A stretch of DNA of 24,000 nucleotides from Phycisphaerae bacterium (lineage in GTDB: Bacteria > Planctomycetota > Phycisphaerae > UBA1845 > PWPN01), in the NCBI GenBank assembly GCA_035477895.1, contig DATIKE010000542.1, positions 1 to 24,000 of the forward strand, written 5' to 3'. The position numbers were made by a program, and so were the translations under genes. Positions within the stretch are counted from its first letter, which is position 1, and each line of letters starts with the position of its first letter. This document shows positions 6,989 to 16,093 of the stretch, in pieces. The notes beneath the pieces were generated by a model, which saw only the letters and a program-made list of their open reading frames with translations, did no database searches and had not been told where the DNA came from.

Positions 6989-7618
6989 ATGCGAATCATC
7001 GCCGGCCAATACCGCGGGCGGACCATCGAAGGCCCGCCGAGCGACTCGACCCGCCCGATCCTCGACCGGGCCAGGGTCGTCTTGTTCGACATGCTCGGCA
7101 CGCGCCTGGCCGAGCCGGGTCGATTGCCGCCGGTGACCGTCCTCGACCTGTTCTGCGGCACGGGCACACTGGGCATCGAGGCCTTGTCGCGCGGGGCCCG
7201 GTACTGCCGATTCGTCGAGCAGCACCGCGGGACGGTGGCCGTCCTCCGCCGCAATCTCGACACCCTGCGGATAGGCGGGAGGGGTGAGATCTCACCGGGT
7301 GATGCGACCGCCGGACGTTTCTCCCGGCCGCCTCCGGATGAGGCCGGGACAGCGCAATACGGGCTTGTCTTTGTCGACCCCCCCTACCGCTTGATGCAGG
7401 GCCAACGCCCCGCCAAGCCCATCCAGGGACTTCTTGAGCGGCTCGCCACCAGCGAGGTTATCGCCCCCCCTGCCGTCATCGTCGTCCGGCATGACGCCCG
7501 CGGCGCGGGGCCGGATCTGTCGCCCCTCATCGAGACCGACGCCCGGACAGTTGGTACGATGACCCTGCGTTTCACGGTCCGGCCCGACGCGCCGAAGGCC
7601 GCAGCCGGCAGGGAATAA
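6989..7618 (+). CDS. rsmD: 16S rRNA (guanine966-N2)-methyltransferase
   Basis: MRIIAGQYRGRTIEGPPSDSTRPILDRARVVLFDML, DLFCGTGTLGIEALSRGA, VFVDPPY. Start re-set to ATG 6989. Confidence 0.85.
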   Translation: MRIIAGQYRGRTIEGPPSDSTRPILDRARVVLFDMLGTRLAEPGRLPPVTVLDLFCGTGTLGIEALSRGARYCRFVEQHRGTVAVLRRNLDTLRIGGRGEISPGDATAGRFSRPPPDEAGTAQYGLVFVDPPYRLMQGQRPAKPIQGLLERLATSEVIAPPAVIVVRHDARGAGPDLSPLIETDARTVGTMTLRFTVRPDAPKAAAGRE

Positions 7619-7620
7619 GC

Positions 7621-8880
7621 ATGACCCGCCCGCACATCACACTTGAGGATGCCGGCCTGGCGATCGTGCGGCGTCTGCGCGCGCACGAACACGAGGCCTT
7701 CTGGGCCGGCGGATGCGTCCGCGACATGCTCCTGGCTCAACCATACGATGACATCGATGTCGCCACCAGTGCTCCGCCCGAAGAGGTCATCCGCCTCTTC
7801 ACCCGAACGCGCAAGGTCGGCGTGCAGTTCGGCGTGGTGCTCGTGCGTCAGGGACCGTGGTGGATCGAGGTCGCCACTTTCCGCGCCGATCTCGAATACG
7901 CCGACGGCCGGCGTCCGGCGGGCGTGGTTTTCACGACTGCCGAGGAAGACGCCAGGCGACGCGACTTCACCATCAACGGGCTGTTCTACGACCCCGTCGA
8001 GCGGAAAGTGATCGACCATGTCGGTGGGCAGGAGGACCTGCGGAACCGCCTGGTCCGCGCGATCGGCGCACCGCCCGAGCGGTTCGCCGAGGACCATTTG
8101 CGCATGCTGCGCGCGGTGCGTTTCGCCACTCGGCTGGGCTTCACCATCGAGCCGGCCACCGCCGCCGCGATCACCGAACATGCCGAGCGGATCACCCGCA
8201 TCAGCGCCGAGCGAATCCGCGAGGAATTGGAGAAAATGCTCGAAGCTCCCGGCCGAGCCGAGGCTGTCAAGGCGATGGCCAGGTTGGGTCTGCTGCGGCA
8301 TCTGTGGCCCGACTCGAACTGGCCGGTCTACCGCGTTCTACGGGCCGTCGCCGTTCTGGGGCATCTTCCAGAGTGTGCCGACTTCGTGCTGGCGATGGCG
8401 GGCCTGCTGCACGACAAGTCAACAGCCGATGCCGAACGGATCGGCCGGGCCCTGCGTTGCAGCAATGACCAGATCGACCACGCCGCCTGGCTGGTTGCCA
8501 ACCGTGAGCAGATCGAGCAGGCCTCGGCCATGAGTTTGGCCGAGTTCAAGAAGCTGCTGGCTCACCCGCGTTTCGACCATCTCGTCTTGCTGCACGAGGC
8601 GGTCTGCAAGGCCGCCGGTTCTTCTATCGATCCCTGCTCTGCCGCGCGTCGCCGACGGGACTCAGTTACACCCGAAGCCGTCGCCCCCCCGCCGCTGGTC
8701 ACCGGCGAAGACTTGATCGCCGCCGGCCGGCAGCCCGGGCCGCAATTCAAGCGGATTCTCGACACCCTCTACGATGCCCAGCTCAACAACGAGCTGACCA
8801 GCCGCGAGCAGGCATTACAGAAAATGCGGGAGCTTATCATGACCATGTGGCTCGCCCATCGATCCGAAGAAAGTGATTGA
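7621..8880 (+). CDS. cca: CCA-adding tRNA nucleotidyltransferase / poly(A) polymerase family protein
   Basis: FWAGGCVRDMLL..PYDDIDVAT, RADLEYADGRRP, RRDFTINGLFYDP, EDHLRMLRAVRFATRLGF. It starts 2 nt after the rsmD stop. Confidence 0.85.
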   Translation: MTRPHITLEDAGLAIVRRLRAHEHEAFWAGGCVRDMLLAQPYDDIDVATSAPPEEVIRLFTRTRKVGVQFGVVLVRQGPWWIEVATFRADLEYADGRRPAGVVFTTAEEDARRRDFTINGLFYDPVERKVIDHVGGQEDLRNRLVRAIGAPPERFAEDHLRMLRAVRFATRLGFTIEPATAAAITEHAERITRISAERIREELEKMLEAPGRAEAVKAMARLGLLRHLWPDSNWPVYRVLRAVAVLGHLPECADFVLAMAGLLHDKSTADAERIGRALRCSNDQIDHAAWLVANREQIEQASAMSLAEFKKLLAHPRFDHLVLLHEAVCKAAGSSIDPCSAARRRRDSVTPEAVAPPPLVTGEDLIAAGRQPGPQFKRILDTLYDAQLNNELTSREQALQKMRELIMTMWLAHRSEESD

Positions 8881-8956
8881 GCCAACGGAAACCGGCAGCC
8901 GCACTGTCAGCGATGACGAAACGCCATCCCAGTAGCCTCCACCGCCGACAGCCGTT

Positions 8957-11179
8957 ATGATACCACCCCATATGAAATCCAAGAGCACCAGTGTTCTGCA
9001 CTCACTGATCGCCACCAGTGAGAACAAACCGGGTACCACGTTCCGGCATTTTCGCCGGTTGCTGGCCTACACCTGGCCGCACAAGCGGTTCTTGATTGCC
9101 GCCCTGGGCTGCATCCTGCTGATGGCCCTCACCTACTCAGTCAGCATCGGATCGCTGCTGCCGGTCCTCAAGGTCATGGTCGAGGACGAGGGCCTCCACG
9201 GTTGGATCTGCCGACATGTTGCGGAGACCCGGCTGAAAGGCACGTTCTCGATCTACGATCACGAGCGCGGCCGGCCTATCCCGGGCGGCAAGGCCCTCGA
9301 CGGCAAAATGATTATCCGCGAGCTCCGGTCCGATCCGGCCAATACTGCCGAGACCTCGCCCCTGTTGGCCGCCGGTCTGCGCGAGGGCGATATCGTCCTG
9401 AAGTTCGGCGAACACGATCTGAATGCCGTGGAGTTGTATCGCCGCATGGCCGAAGCGCCGGAAGCGTTCCAGCTCACCTACCGCCGCTCGACCGACGGCG
9501 GCACCGAGACCGCCCGCGTTGAGCCGCGTCCCCTCTCCACCCACTACGCGGTTGTTCTTCGTGGCATCAGCCTGGTTCCCGGGGGCCAGACGCCGCGCGA
9601 GAAGCTCAACACGCTCATTGTCGTCCTGGTCATCCTGATGAGCATCATGATCGTGGGAAACCTGGCCCGGGTGATGGCCGAGTACCTCGGCACCATCGTC
9701 AATTCCCGCGCGGTGCTCGACCTCCGTCAGCAGATGTACGCCCACGTGCTCAAGATGCCGCTCTCACGCTTCAGCGAGAACACCTCGGACACCATGAGCC
9801 GCTTCGTGCAGGACATGAGCGACATCTTTCGGGGTCTCAACCACTTCTTCCAGCATGGTGTGGCCGAGCCGTTCAAGGCCATGGGCGTCTTTCTCGTCGC
9901 CATGTCCCTGAACTGGAGGCTCACACTCCTGTTGCTCGTGGGTGCGCCGGTGCTGGCCGTCCTGCTCCGCAAGCTCGGCAGCAAGATCCGCAAGGCCAAC
10001 CGCCGTCTGCTCATCGGGTACGGGCGGATGCTCACCCGCCTGGAGAGCACCCTCGTCGGCATGCGCGTGGTCAAGGCCTACACCCGCGAGAATTACGAGC
10101 GCCACGAGCTGCTCAAGATCGACCGACACCTCCTTCGCCAGCAGATCAAGATGGGCTTCGTCGAGGCCCTCAGTTCGCCGCTGATCGAGACCCTCGCGTT
10201 CCTGGCCGGCGCCCCGATCATCTGCTACTTCGCCTACCTGCTTTACACCGGCGACATGAACGTTTCCGGCTTCCTGACCATGATGTTCTGCATGGCCGGC
10301 ATCTTCGATCCGGCCCGCAAGATCAGCAGCCTGTATCCCAAGCTTCAGCGGGCCAACGCCGCCGCAGAACGCATCTTCGAGCTGATCGACAGCCCCACCG
10401 AGTATGACCAGGACACCGGTAAGCGCCGCCTCAGACCGCTGCGCGACTCGATCGTTTTTGAGAACATCACATTCACCTATCCCAAGGCCGGCCAGCCCGC
10501 CGTGAAAGATTTCTCACTTGCCGTGAAGAAGGGTGAGGTCATCGCCATCGTCGGGCCGAACGGCTCAGGCAAGACGACCCTGCTCAGCCTGCTGCCGCGG
10601 TTCTTTCCCCTGGATTCCGGCCGCATCCTCATCGACGACCAGGACGCAAGCCAGGTCACGCTCCGTTCGCTTCGCAGGCAGTTCAGCATCATCACGCAGG
10701 AGTCGATGATCTTCCCAACGACCATCCGGGCCAACATCGCCTACGGCCGGCCCGACGCCACCGAGGAACAGATCGTCGCCGCGGCCAAAAAAGCCTTTGC
10801 CGACGAGTTCATATGCCAGATCCCCGAAGGATATGACTCGCTGGCCGGCGAGCACGGGGCGACGCTCTCCGGCGGACAGCGCCAGCGCATCGCCATTGCC
10901 CGGGCCATCCTCCGCGACGCGCCCATCCTCATCTTCGACGAGGCCACCAGCCAGGTCGACGCCGAGTCCGAGCACAAGATCCACCAGGCCCTCAACCTGT
11001 TTTTGCGGGACCGGACGGCCTTTATCATCGCCCACCGGTTCAGCACGATCCAGAACGCTCACCGCATCGCGGTGATGGACGCCGGCCGCCTGGTCGCCGT
11101 CGGGCGACACGACGACCTATTCCGCGACTGCCCGCTCTACAAACGGCTCTACGAAACCCAGTTCATCAACGGGGATTGA
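8957..11179 (+). CDS. MsbA-like ABC exporter (fused permease/ATPase) with a ~140-aa PDZ-like insertion in the first extracytoplasmic loop
   Basis: Walker A GPNGSGKTT, signature LSGGQRQR, Walker B ILIFDEATS, H-loop IIAHR, plus a type-I exporter TMD. Residues ~75-215 between TM1 and TM2 include SPLLAAGLREGDIVLKFGEHDLNAVELYRRM. The start could also be ATG 8972. Confidence 0.85.
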   Translation: MIPPHMKSKSTSVLHSLIATSENKPGTTFRHFRRLLAYTWPHKRFLIAALGCILLMALTYSVSIGSLLPVLKVMVEDEGLHGWICRHVAETRLKGTFSIYDHERGRPIPGGKALDGKMIIRELRSDPANTAETSPLLAAGLREGDIVLKFGEHDLNAVELYRRMAEAPEAFQLTYRRSTDGGTETARVEPRPLSTHYAVVLRGISLVPGGQTPREKLNTLIVVLVILMSIMIVGNLARVMAEYLGTIVNSRAVLDLRQQMYAHVLKMPLSRFSENTSDTMSRFVQDMSDIFRGLNHFFQHGVAEPFKAMGVFLVAMSLNWRLTLLLLVGAPVLAVLLRKLGSKIRKANRRLLIGYGRMLTRLESTLVGMRVVKAYTRENYERHELLKIDRHLLRQQIKMGFVEALSSPLIETLAFLAGAPIICYFAYLLYTGDMNVSGFLTMMFCMAGIFDPARKISSLYPKLQRANAAAERIFELIDSPTEYDQDTGKRRLRPLRDSIVFENITFTYPKAGQPAVKDFSLAVKKGEVIAIVGPNGSGKTTLLSLLPRFFPLDSGRILIDDQDASQVTLRSLRRQFSIITQESMIFPTTIRANIAYGRPDATEEQIVAAAKKAFADEFICQIPEGYDSLAGEHGATLSGGQRQRIAIARAILRDAPILIFDEATSQVDAESEHKIHQALNLFLRDRTAFIIAHRFSTIQNAHRIAVMDAGRLVAVGRHDDLFRDCPLYKRLYETQFINGD

Positions 11180-11231
11180 GCGATCGGCGCTTGCGGCTTC
11201 GCAGGATGCTCCAACGCCTTTCGGGGGACAA

Positions 11232-11462
11232 TCACTCGTTTAATAGGAAGCCGTCCCAGTCCGACGGGGGCGAAACAAGAGTCCACTCCACATCGACTGG
11301 TTCGGGAATACCAAGGGTTCGCAGACCATCGCCGACTGTCGGGCGGCAGGCCACACTTCCGGAGACAATCACCACCGCGGCCACACCGGCCAGAAACGCC
11401 AGGCACTCGTCCACTCCCGACTGTCGGGGTGGACATATCCGAACGTGTCGTCTTGGGATCAT
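11232..11462 (-). CDS. 76-aa hypothetical protein with one hydrophobic segment
   Basis: ATG 11462-11460 is preceded by a near-perfect SD, TAAGGAGGT, with a 5-nt spacer. Sequence: MIPRRHVRICPPRQSGVDECLAFLAGVAAVVIVSGSVACRPTVGDGLRTLGIPEPVDVEWTLVSPPSDWDGFLLNE. It is in frame with the upstream startless ORF. Confidence 0.45.
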   Translation of the reverse strand: MIPRRHVRICPPRQSGVDECLAFLAGVAAVVIVSGSVACRPTVGDGLRTLGIPEPVDVEWTLVSPPSDWDGFLLNE

Positions 11463-11944
11463 TGCAGACCTCCTTACGTGCATTTCAGGCTTCGCTTGCT
11501 CAAAGAAACACGGGACGTTTTTCATTTCACCAGTCCCCGAGCATGGATTCCCAATCGGGGTCGATGAGTCCATTCGCTCCCCATTCAATCCCGGTGGGAA
11601 CGGAGTCGCCAAGAAGCCTGGGTTCCTCGATGGCACCTCGACGTGCAGAAAGTCCTCGCCATCAAGCACGTGCCCGGGCAACCGCATCGGACTGTCCACG
11701 GCGTCGTCGCCGACCAACCGCTCGCACGGGTAAAGCCGTCCGGACGGCGCGACTGTGATCTCGCCCCGGCCGAAGCCGCATCGCGGTACGATCTTGGACG
11801 GCAGTTTCGCCAGGGCAATCCTACCCACCTTCGTACGGTCAAAGATGGGGAATCCCCGTACCTGGTTTGCCTTTCGATCAGCCTGAATGGATGGCGGCAC
11901 TGATAATATGACGTCACAAGGGGTGTAATCTCTGCCTACTTGGC
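11463..11944 (-). pseudogene. Startless ORF with a SPASM/twitch-like first-half motif; possible remnant of a radical SAM maturase C-terminus
   Basis: The same frame stays open from inside ubiB down to 11232. FPIFDRTKVGRIALAKLPSKIVPRCGFGRGEITVAPSGRLYPCERLVGDD resembles the C-x(9-15)-G-x4-C opening of SPASM domains. G/C dominates codon position 3 in this stretch. There is no ATG before residue M at ~11687, only an SD-less GTG at 11900, and no room for a radical SAM core. Confidence 0.3.
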
Positions 11945-13654
11945 TTACGACAGCTTTCCGCTGCGGAGGATGGCGATGATGAGACCGATGCCCATGACGC
12001 CGGCGATGAAGTAGCCGATGAGTCCGAGGGCCTGTAGCGGCACGCCGAGCACCTCTCCCATGTCCGCGGAGGTCAGGACCATCGAACTGCCGACGATGAT
12101 GGCCGCGGTGATGACGGCGAACGAAAGCCGGTTGCTCGAACGGTCCATTTCGTGAGCGAGGTCGTCGAGGTTCTGGTGGCGGACGTTGAGTTGCCACTGC
12201 CCGCGGGCCAGCCGGCGGGAGATATCGCGAAGCTGCCCCGGCGCGGTCTTGAGGATGCTGGCCAGGTGCCAGCCGACCACGGCCATCGACTTGGCCAGCC
12301 GGGCCGGCGCGAACCGCCTGGCGATCAGCGTCTGCAGCTTCGGCTTGACCAGCGCGAGCAGGTCGAGGTCCGGGTCGAGTTGCAGGCAGACCCCCCCGAT
12401 CGCCACCAGGGACTTGCCGAACAGGACGAACTCCCGCGGCAGGGTTACATCGTTCCGGCGGATCAGGTCGGTGATCTCGTAAAACAGGGTTTGCATGTCG
12501 AAACGGCGGAGCGGGAGACCGTAGTACTTCTCTATCAGCAGCAGCAGCTCGGTGCGAAGCTTCTGGCGATCGGTGTGCTCGCCAAGAGCGCCCATGTCCG
12601 CCAGTACCTCGACGACCAGCTCGGCCTCACGGTTGAAGGCGGACACCAGGGCGACGACCAGTTGACCGAGCATCTCGTCATCGATCCGCCCGGTCAGGCC
12701 GTAGTCGATCAGGCCGACTTCCGCGGGCGCCTCGATCAGCAGATTGCCCGGGTGCGGGTCGGCGTGGAAAAGACCGACCTGGAAAAACTGCTTGACGAAT
12801 GATTTCGCGAGTTTTTCGGCCACCGCCTTGCGGTCGAGTGGTTCGTCGGGATGATCGAGGAAAAACTGGGCACTGCGGCCGGGCACCTCCTCAAGTGTCA
12901 GCACGCTCGGGCCGGTCAGCTCCCAGAAGACCGCCGGCACGCGCAGGTCGTCATCATCATCGAGAGCCTCCGCGAAACGCGACATGGTGGCCGCCTCGTT
13001 GATGAAGTCCATCTCCCGAAGCATGGTCCGCTCGAACTCCTCGACAATGAGTCGCGGATGATAGCGCTGAAGCTCCGGCATTAAACGCTCGGCCAGGTCC
13101 GCGATCCACCGCAGGATGGTCATGTCAAGCCGGACGGTGTCTTCGATCCCCGGGCGCTTGACCTTGACGACGATAGGCCGCCCCGGCCGGCCGTCGTGCC
13201 CGAAGGTCCGGGCCCGGTGCACCTGGGCGATCGACCCGCTGGCAAACGGCGTGTCCTCGAACAACTCGAAGCACTCGCCCACCGGCCGACTCAGGTTCAC
13301 TGAAATGATTCGCCGGGCCTCCTCGCTCGGAAAAGGCGGCACGCGATCCTGCAGCAGGATCAGCTCGTGAATGACGTCCGGCGGAAGCAGGTCCGGGCGG
13401 GTGGACATCACCTGCCCGAACTTGATGAAGGTTGGCCCCAGTTCCTCCATGACCATCGTCAGCCGCCGGCCGAGGCTGAGGTCCGCCTGCTCCGGCGAGA
13501 CGGTCACCGCCCGCCGCCATCGCTTGGGCAGCGGCACGTACCGCTCCAGCCGCAACCGGGCCACCAGATGGCCGAACCCGTGATGCGTCAGCACCCGGGC
13601 GATCGTCTGCACCCGACGAATGCTCCGAACCGTTCTGGGAAGATTGAGCGGCAC
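11945..13654 (-). CDS. ubiB: ABC1/UbiB-family atypical kinase
   Basis: LGPTFIKFGQVMSTRPDLLPPDV, ASGSIAQVHRA, VVKVKRPGI, HADPHPGNLL, IDYGL, plus two C-terminal TM helices. GTG start at 13654. Confidence 0.9.
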   Translation of the reverse strand: MPLNLPRTVRSIRRVQTIARVLTHHGFGHLVARLRLERYVPLPKRWRRAVTVSPEQADLSLGRRLTMVMEELGPTFIKFGQVMSTRPDLLPPDVIHELILLQDRVPPFPSEEARRIISVNLSRPVGECFELFEDTPFASGSIAQVHRARTFGHDGRPGRPIVVKVKRPGIEDTVRLDMTILRWIADLAERLMPELQRYHPRLIVEEFERTMLREMDFINEAATMSRFAEALDDDDDLRVPAVFWELTGPSVLTLEEVPGRSAQFFLDHPDEPLDRKAVAEKLAKSFVKQFFQVGLFHADPHPGNLLIEAPAEVGLIDYGLTGRIDDEMLGQLVVALVSAFNREAELVVEVLADMGALGEHTDRQKLRTELLLLIEKYYGLPLRRFDMQTLFYEITDLIRRNDVTLPREFVLFGKSLVAIGGVCLQLDPDLDLLALVKPKLQTLIARRFAPARLAKSMAVVGWHLASILKTAPGQLRDISRRLARGQWQLNVRHQNLDDLAHEMDRSSNRLSFAVITAAIIVGSSMVLTSADMGEVLGVPLQALGLIGYFIAGVMGIGLIIAILRSGKLS

Positions 13655-13802
13655 GGCAACAAGATACCCGCCGACGCCTCAGAATGTCCATTGAGGGGGA
13701 TCGGGGAGTCCGAAGTCAGGATCAGGGGATCTCGATGCGTGTCGTGTCAAACGAATGTCTGATGTCCAATGCGTTTATCGTGATGATTTGCGCCCCCAAC
13801 CC

Positions 13803-15617
13803 TCACGTGCCCGCCTGTCGCCCGCCGAGTTGCACGAATACGTCGTCGTACTGGTGTTCGAGATGGGCGCGGGAGGCACCGCTGACGATGTGATCCCAGG
13901 GGAGGATTTCATCGAAGGGCCGTCGGCGGTGGGCGTAGAAGGCCGGGTCGAGGCCGACGTGCTCGAACGCCTGTTGCCAGAGATCGTACCGGAAAGTCTC
14001 GTCCCAACCGTCCATCCGGACGCCGAACCCCCAGGCGGTTTCGATCACCCGGCCGAGCCGACGGTCGCCGCGAGAAAGAACCCCTTCCAGCAGTGACCGT
14101 TCGATCCGGTGAGTCTTCACCTTGACGGCCGAACGAATGTTCCGCTGGAGATCCTTGAGCTGCCGCCGGGCGGCGTGGAAGTACTCCCCGGTTTGCTGAG
14201 CGGCCCACTGCAGCGGCGTATGCGGCCTGGGCACCAGCCAGCCGACCGACGCGGTGACCGCCGCCGGCCCGCCGCGTACGCCCCGCTTGGCCAGGCTCAC
14301 CTCCCGGGCCAGGTCGAAGATGCCACGGATGTCGTCCTCCGTCTCGCCGGGGAAGCCGACCATGAAGTAGATCTTGACTGAGTTCCAGCCGGCCGCATAC
14401 GCCTGCTTCAGCCCATCCATCAGGTCAACGTCGAGTACTTTCTTCCGCATGGCCGCCCGCATGTCTTCGCGAGCCGCCTCGACCGCGACCGTCAGCCCGC
14501 TCTTGCGGACGCTTCCGACCATCGACGGTATGTCCGACAACATCCGGTCCACCCGCAGCGAGGGTACCGACAGGCTGACGTGTCGATCCACGAACCGCGC
14601 GTTCAGCCGGCTCGCCAGTGCCTCCAGTTGCGGATAGTCCGCCGTCGAGAGGCTCAGCAGGCCGATCTCATCGTGCCCGGTGGCCGCCCAGGCCTGCTCG
14701 GCAATCTCCTCGATCTGCTCGACGCTGCGGTGACAGAGAGGCACCTTCGTATACCCGGCATGGCAGAAGCGGCAGCGGTTCGGGCAGCCGCGCATGATCT
14801 CGATCGCGATGCGGTCGTGCACGATCTCGGTGTGCGGGATCAAAGGCCGGAGCGGAGTAGGCGCGGTCTCCAGGTCGCGCACGCGGCAACGGCCGATCCG
14901 GCTCGGCGGAACGAAGTCCGCCGGGCAGGCGTCGCTCGGCCGCAGCCGCAGGATCGTGCCGTCGTCGCGGTAGTCGAACGAATACAGCGACGGGGCGTAG
15001 ACCCATTCGAATCGGCGGGCGGCCTCGACGAGCACATCCTGCCGCCCGGCCCCCTCCCGGCTCATCCGGCGGTACAGATCGACCAGGGCCGGCAGGCTTT
15101 CCTCGCCATCGCCGATGACCACCAGGTCCACGAAGTCGGCGATCGGCTCGGGATTGTCCATCTGCGGCCCGCCGACGACCACCAGCGGGTCGTCGTTGCC
15201 ACGCTCCGACGCATGCAGCGGGATCCCCGCCAGGTCCAGCATCGTCAGCAGGTTGGTGAACGACAGCTCATATTGCATCGATACCGCCAGGATGTGAGCG
15301 TCCCGCACCGGCTGGCGCGTGTCCCAGGTGAACAGCGGGATCGATCGCCGGCGCATGACCTGCTCGGCGTCGATCCACGGTGCAAAGACGCGTTCGGCGC
15401 AGACGCCCGGCATGTGGTTGCCGATCCAGTAGAGAATCTGGCAGCCGAGATGGCTCATGCCGATGGCGTAGGTGTCGGGGAAAGCGATCGCGACGCGCAC
15501 GTCGGCCCGCTCCCAGTCGCCCGACTGAACGAGCTGGTTGAACTCGCGCCCGATGTACTGCCCCGGCCGCTCCACATGGGGCAGCAGTTCTTCGCTGACT
15601 CGCCCGGCCAGATTCAT
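13803..15617 (-). CDS. B12-binding-domain radical SAM protein (resembles the TIGR03960 family)
   Basis: ERPGQYIGREFN N-terminus, VVIGDGEE in the B12-like domain, and the radical SAM cluster RGCPNRCRFCHAGY. ATG 15617 preferred; a GTG at 15641 is possible. Confidence 0.85.
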   Translation of the reverse strand: MNLAGRVSEELLPHVERPGQYIGREFNQLVQSGDWERADVRVAIAFPDTYAIGMSHLGCQILYWIGNHMPGVCAERVFAPWIDAEQVMRRRSIPLFTWDTRQPVRDAHILAVSMQYELSFTNLLTMLDLAGIPLHASERGNDDPLVVVGGPQMDNPEPIADFVDLVVIGDGEESLPALVDLYRRMSREGAGRQDVLVEAARRFEWVYAPSLYSFDYRDDGTILRLRPSDACPADFVPPSRIGRCRVRDLETAPTPLRPLIPHTEIVHDRIAIEIMRGCPNRCRFCHAGYTKVPLCHRSVEQIEEIAEQAWAATGHDEIGLLSLSTADYPQLEALASRLNARFVDRHVSLSVPSLRVDRMLSDIPSMVGSVRKSGLTVAVEAAREDMRAAMRKKVLDVDLMDGLKQAYAAGWNSVKIYFMVGFPGETEDDIRGIFDLAREVSLAKRGVRGGPAAVTASVGWLVPRPHTPLQWAAQQTGEYFHAARRQLKDLQRNIRSAVKVKTHRIERSLLEGVLSRGDRRLGRVIETAWGFGVRMDGWDETFRYDLWQQAFEHVGLDPAFYAHRRRPFDEILPWDHIVSGASRAHLEHQYDDVFVQLGGRQAGT

Positions 15618-15731
15618 GCGGTTTTCCGTTCGGGCCGGCACGTTGCCTGTGCGCCTACGACGCAGCCATTGTAGTGCCTTTCGCGTATCGGCGCGCGATT
15701 TCCTCAGTACGTGTATGACTTGCTGAGTCGG

Positions 15732-15959
15732 CTACCGTTGCCGATAAATGATCCGCCCGCGGCCCAGGTCGTAAGGTGAGACTTCGACGGTGACCATGTC
15801 GCCGGGAACGATTCGGATGAAGTGCTTTCGCATCTTGCCGGCCAGGTGAGCGAGCACCTCGTGTTTGGACTCTCCCGAATTCACCTGGACGATGAACTGG
15901 GCGTTGGGCAGGGCCTTGATGACCTTGGCATCAAACTGAATACTCTCCGTGGAAGCCAC
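15732..15959 (-). CDS. infA: Translation initiation factor IF-1
   Basis: [64 protein letters not shown] start with GAGGA upstream. Confidence 0.95.
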   Translation of the reverse strand: MASTESIQFDAKVIKALPNAQFIVQVNSGESKHEVLAHLAGKMRKHFIRIVPGDMVTVEVSPYDLGRGRIIYRQR

Positions 15960-16034
15960 GTGCGCACATCCTCAAAAACCACAATCAGCAACGCCCGGAC
16001 AATCTCGCTCGACCGCGACCATGCTGAATCCGGT

Positions 16035-16063
16035 ATTATCGTCATTTCCCCCCCGCAACGCAA
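16035..16063 (-). promoter_or_regulatory. Candidate sigma70-type promoter for infA
   Basis: The minus strand reads TTGCGT (16063-16058), 17-nt spacer, GATAAT (16040-16035), about 75 nt upstream of the infA start. Confidence 0.3.
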
Positions 16064-16093
16064 ATCCCGGCCGGTTGCGGTATTCTGTCGCCC

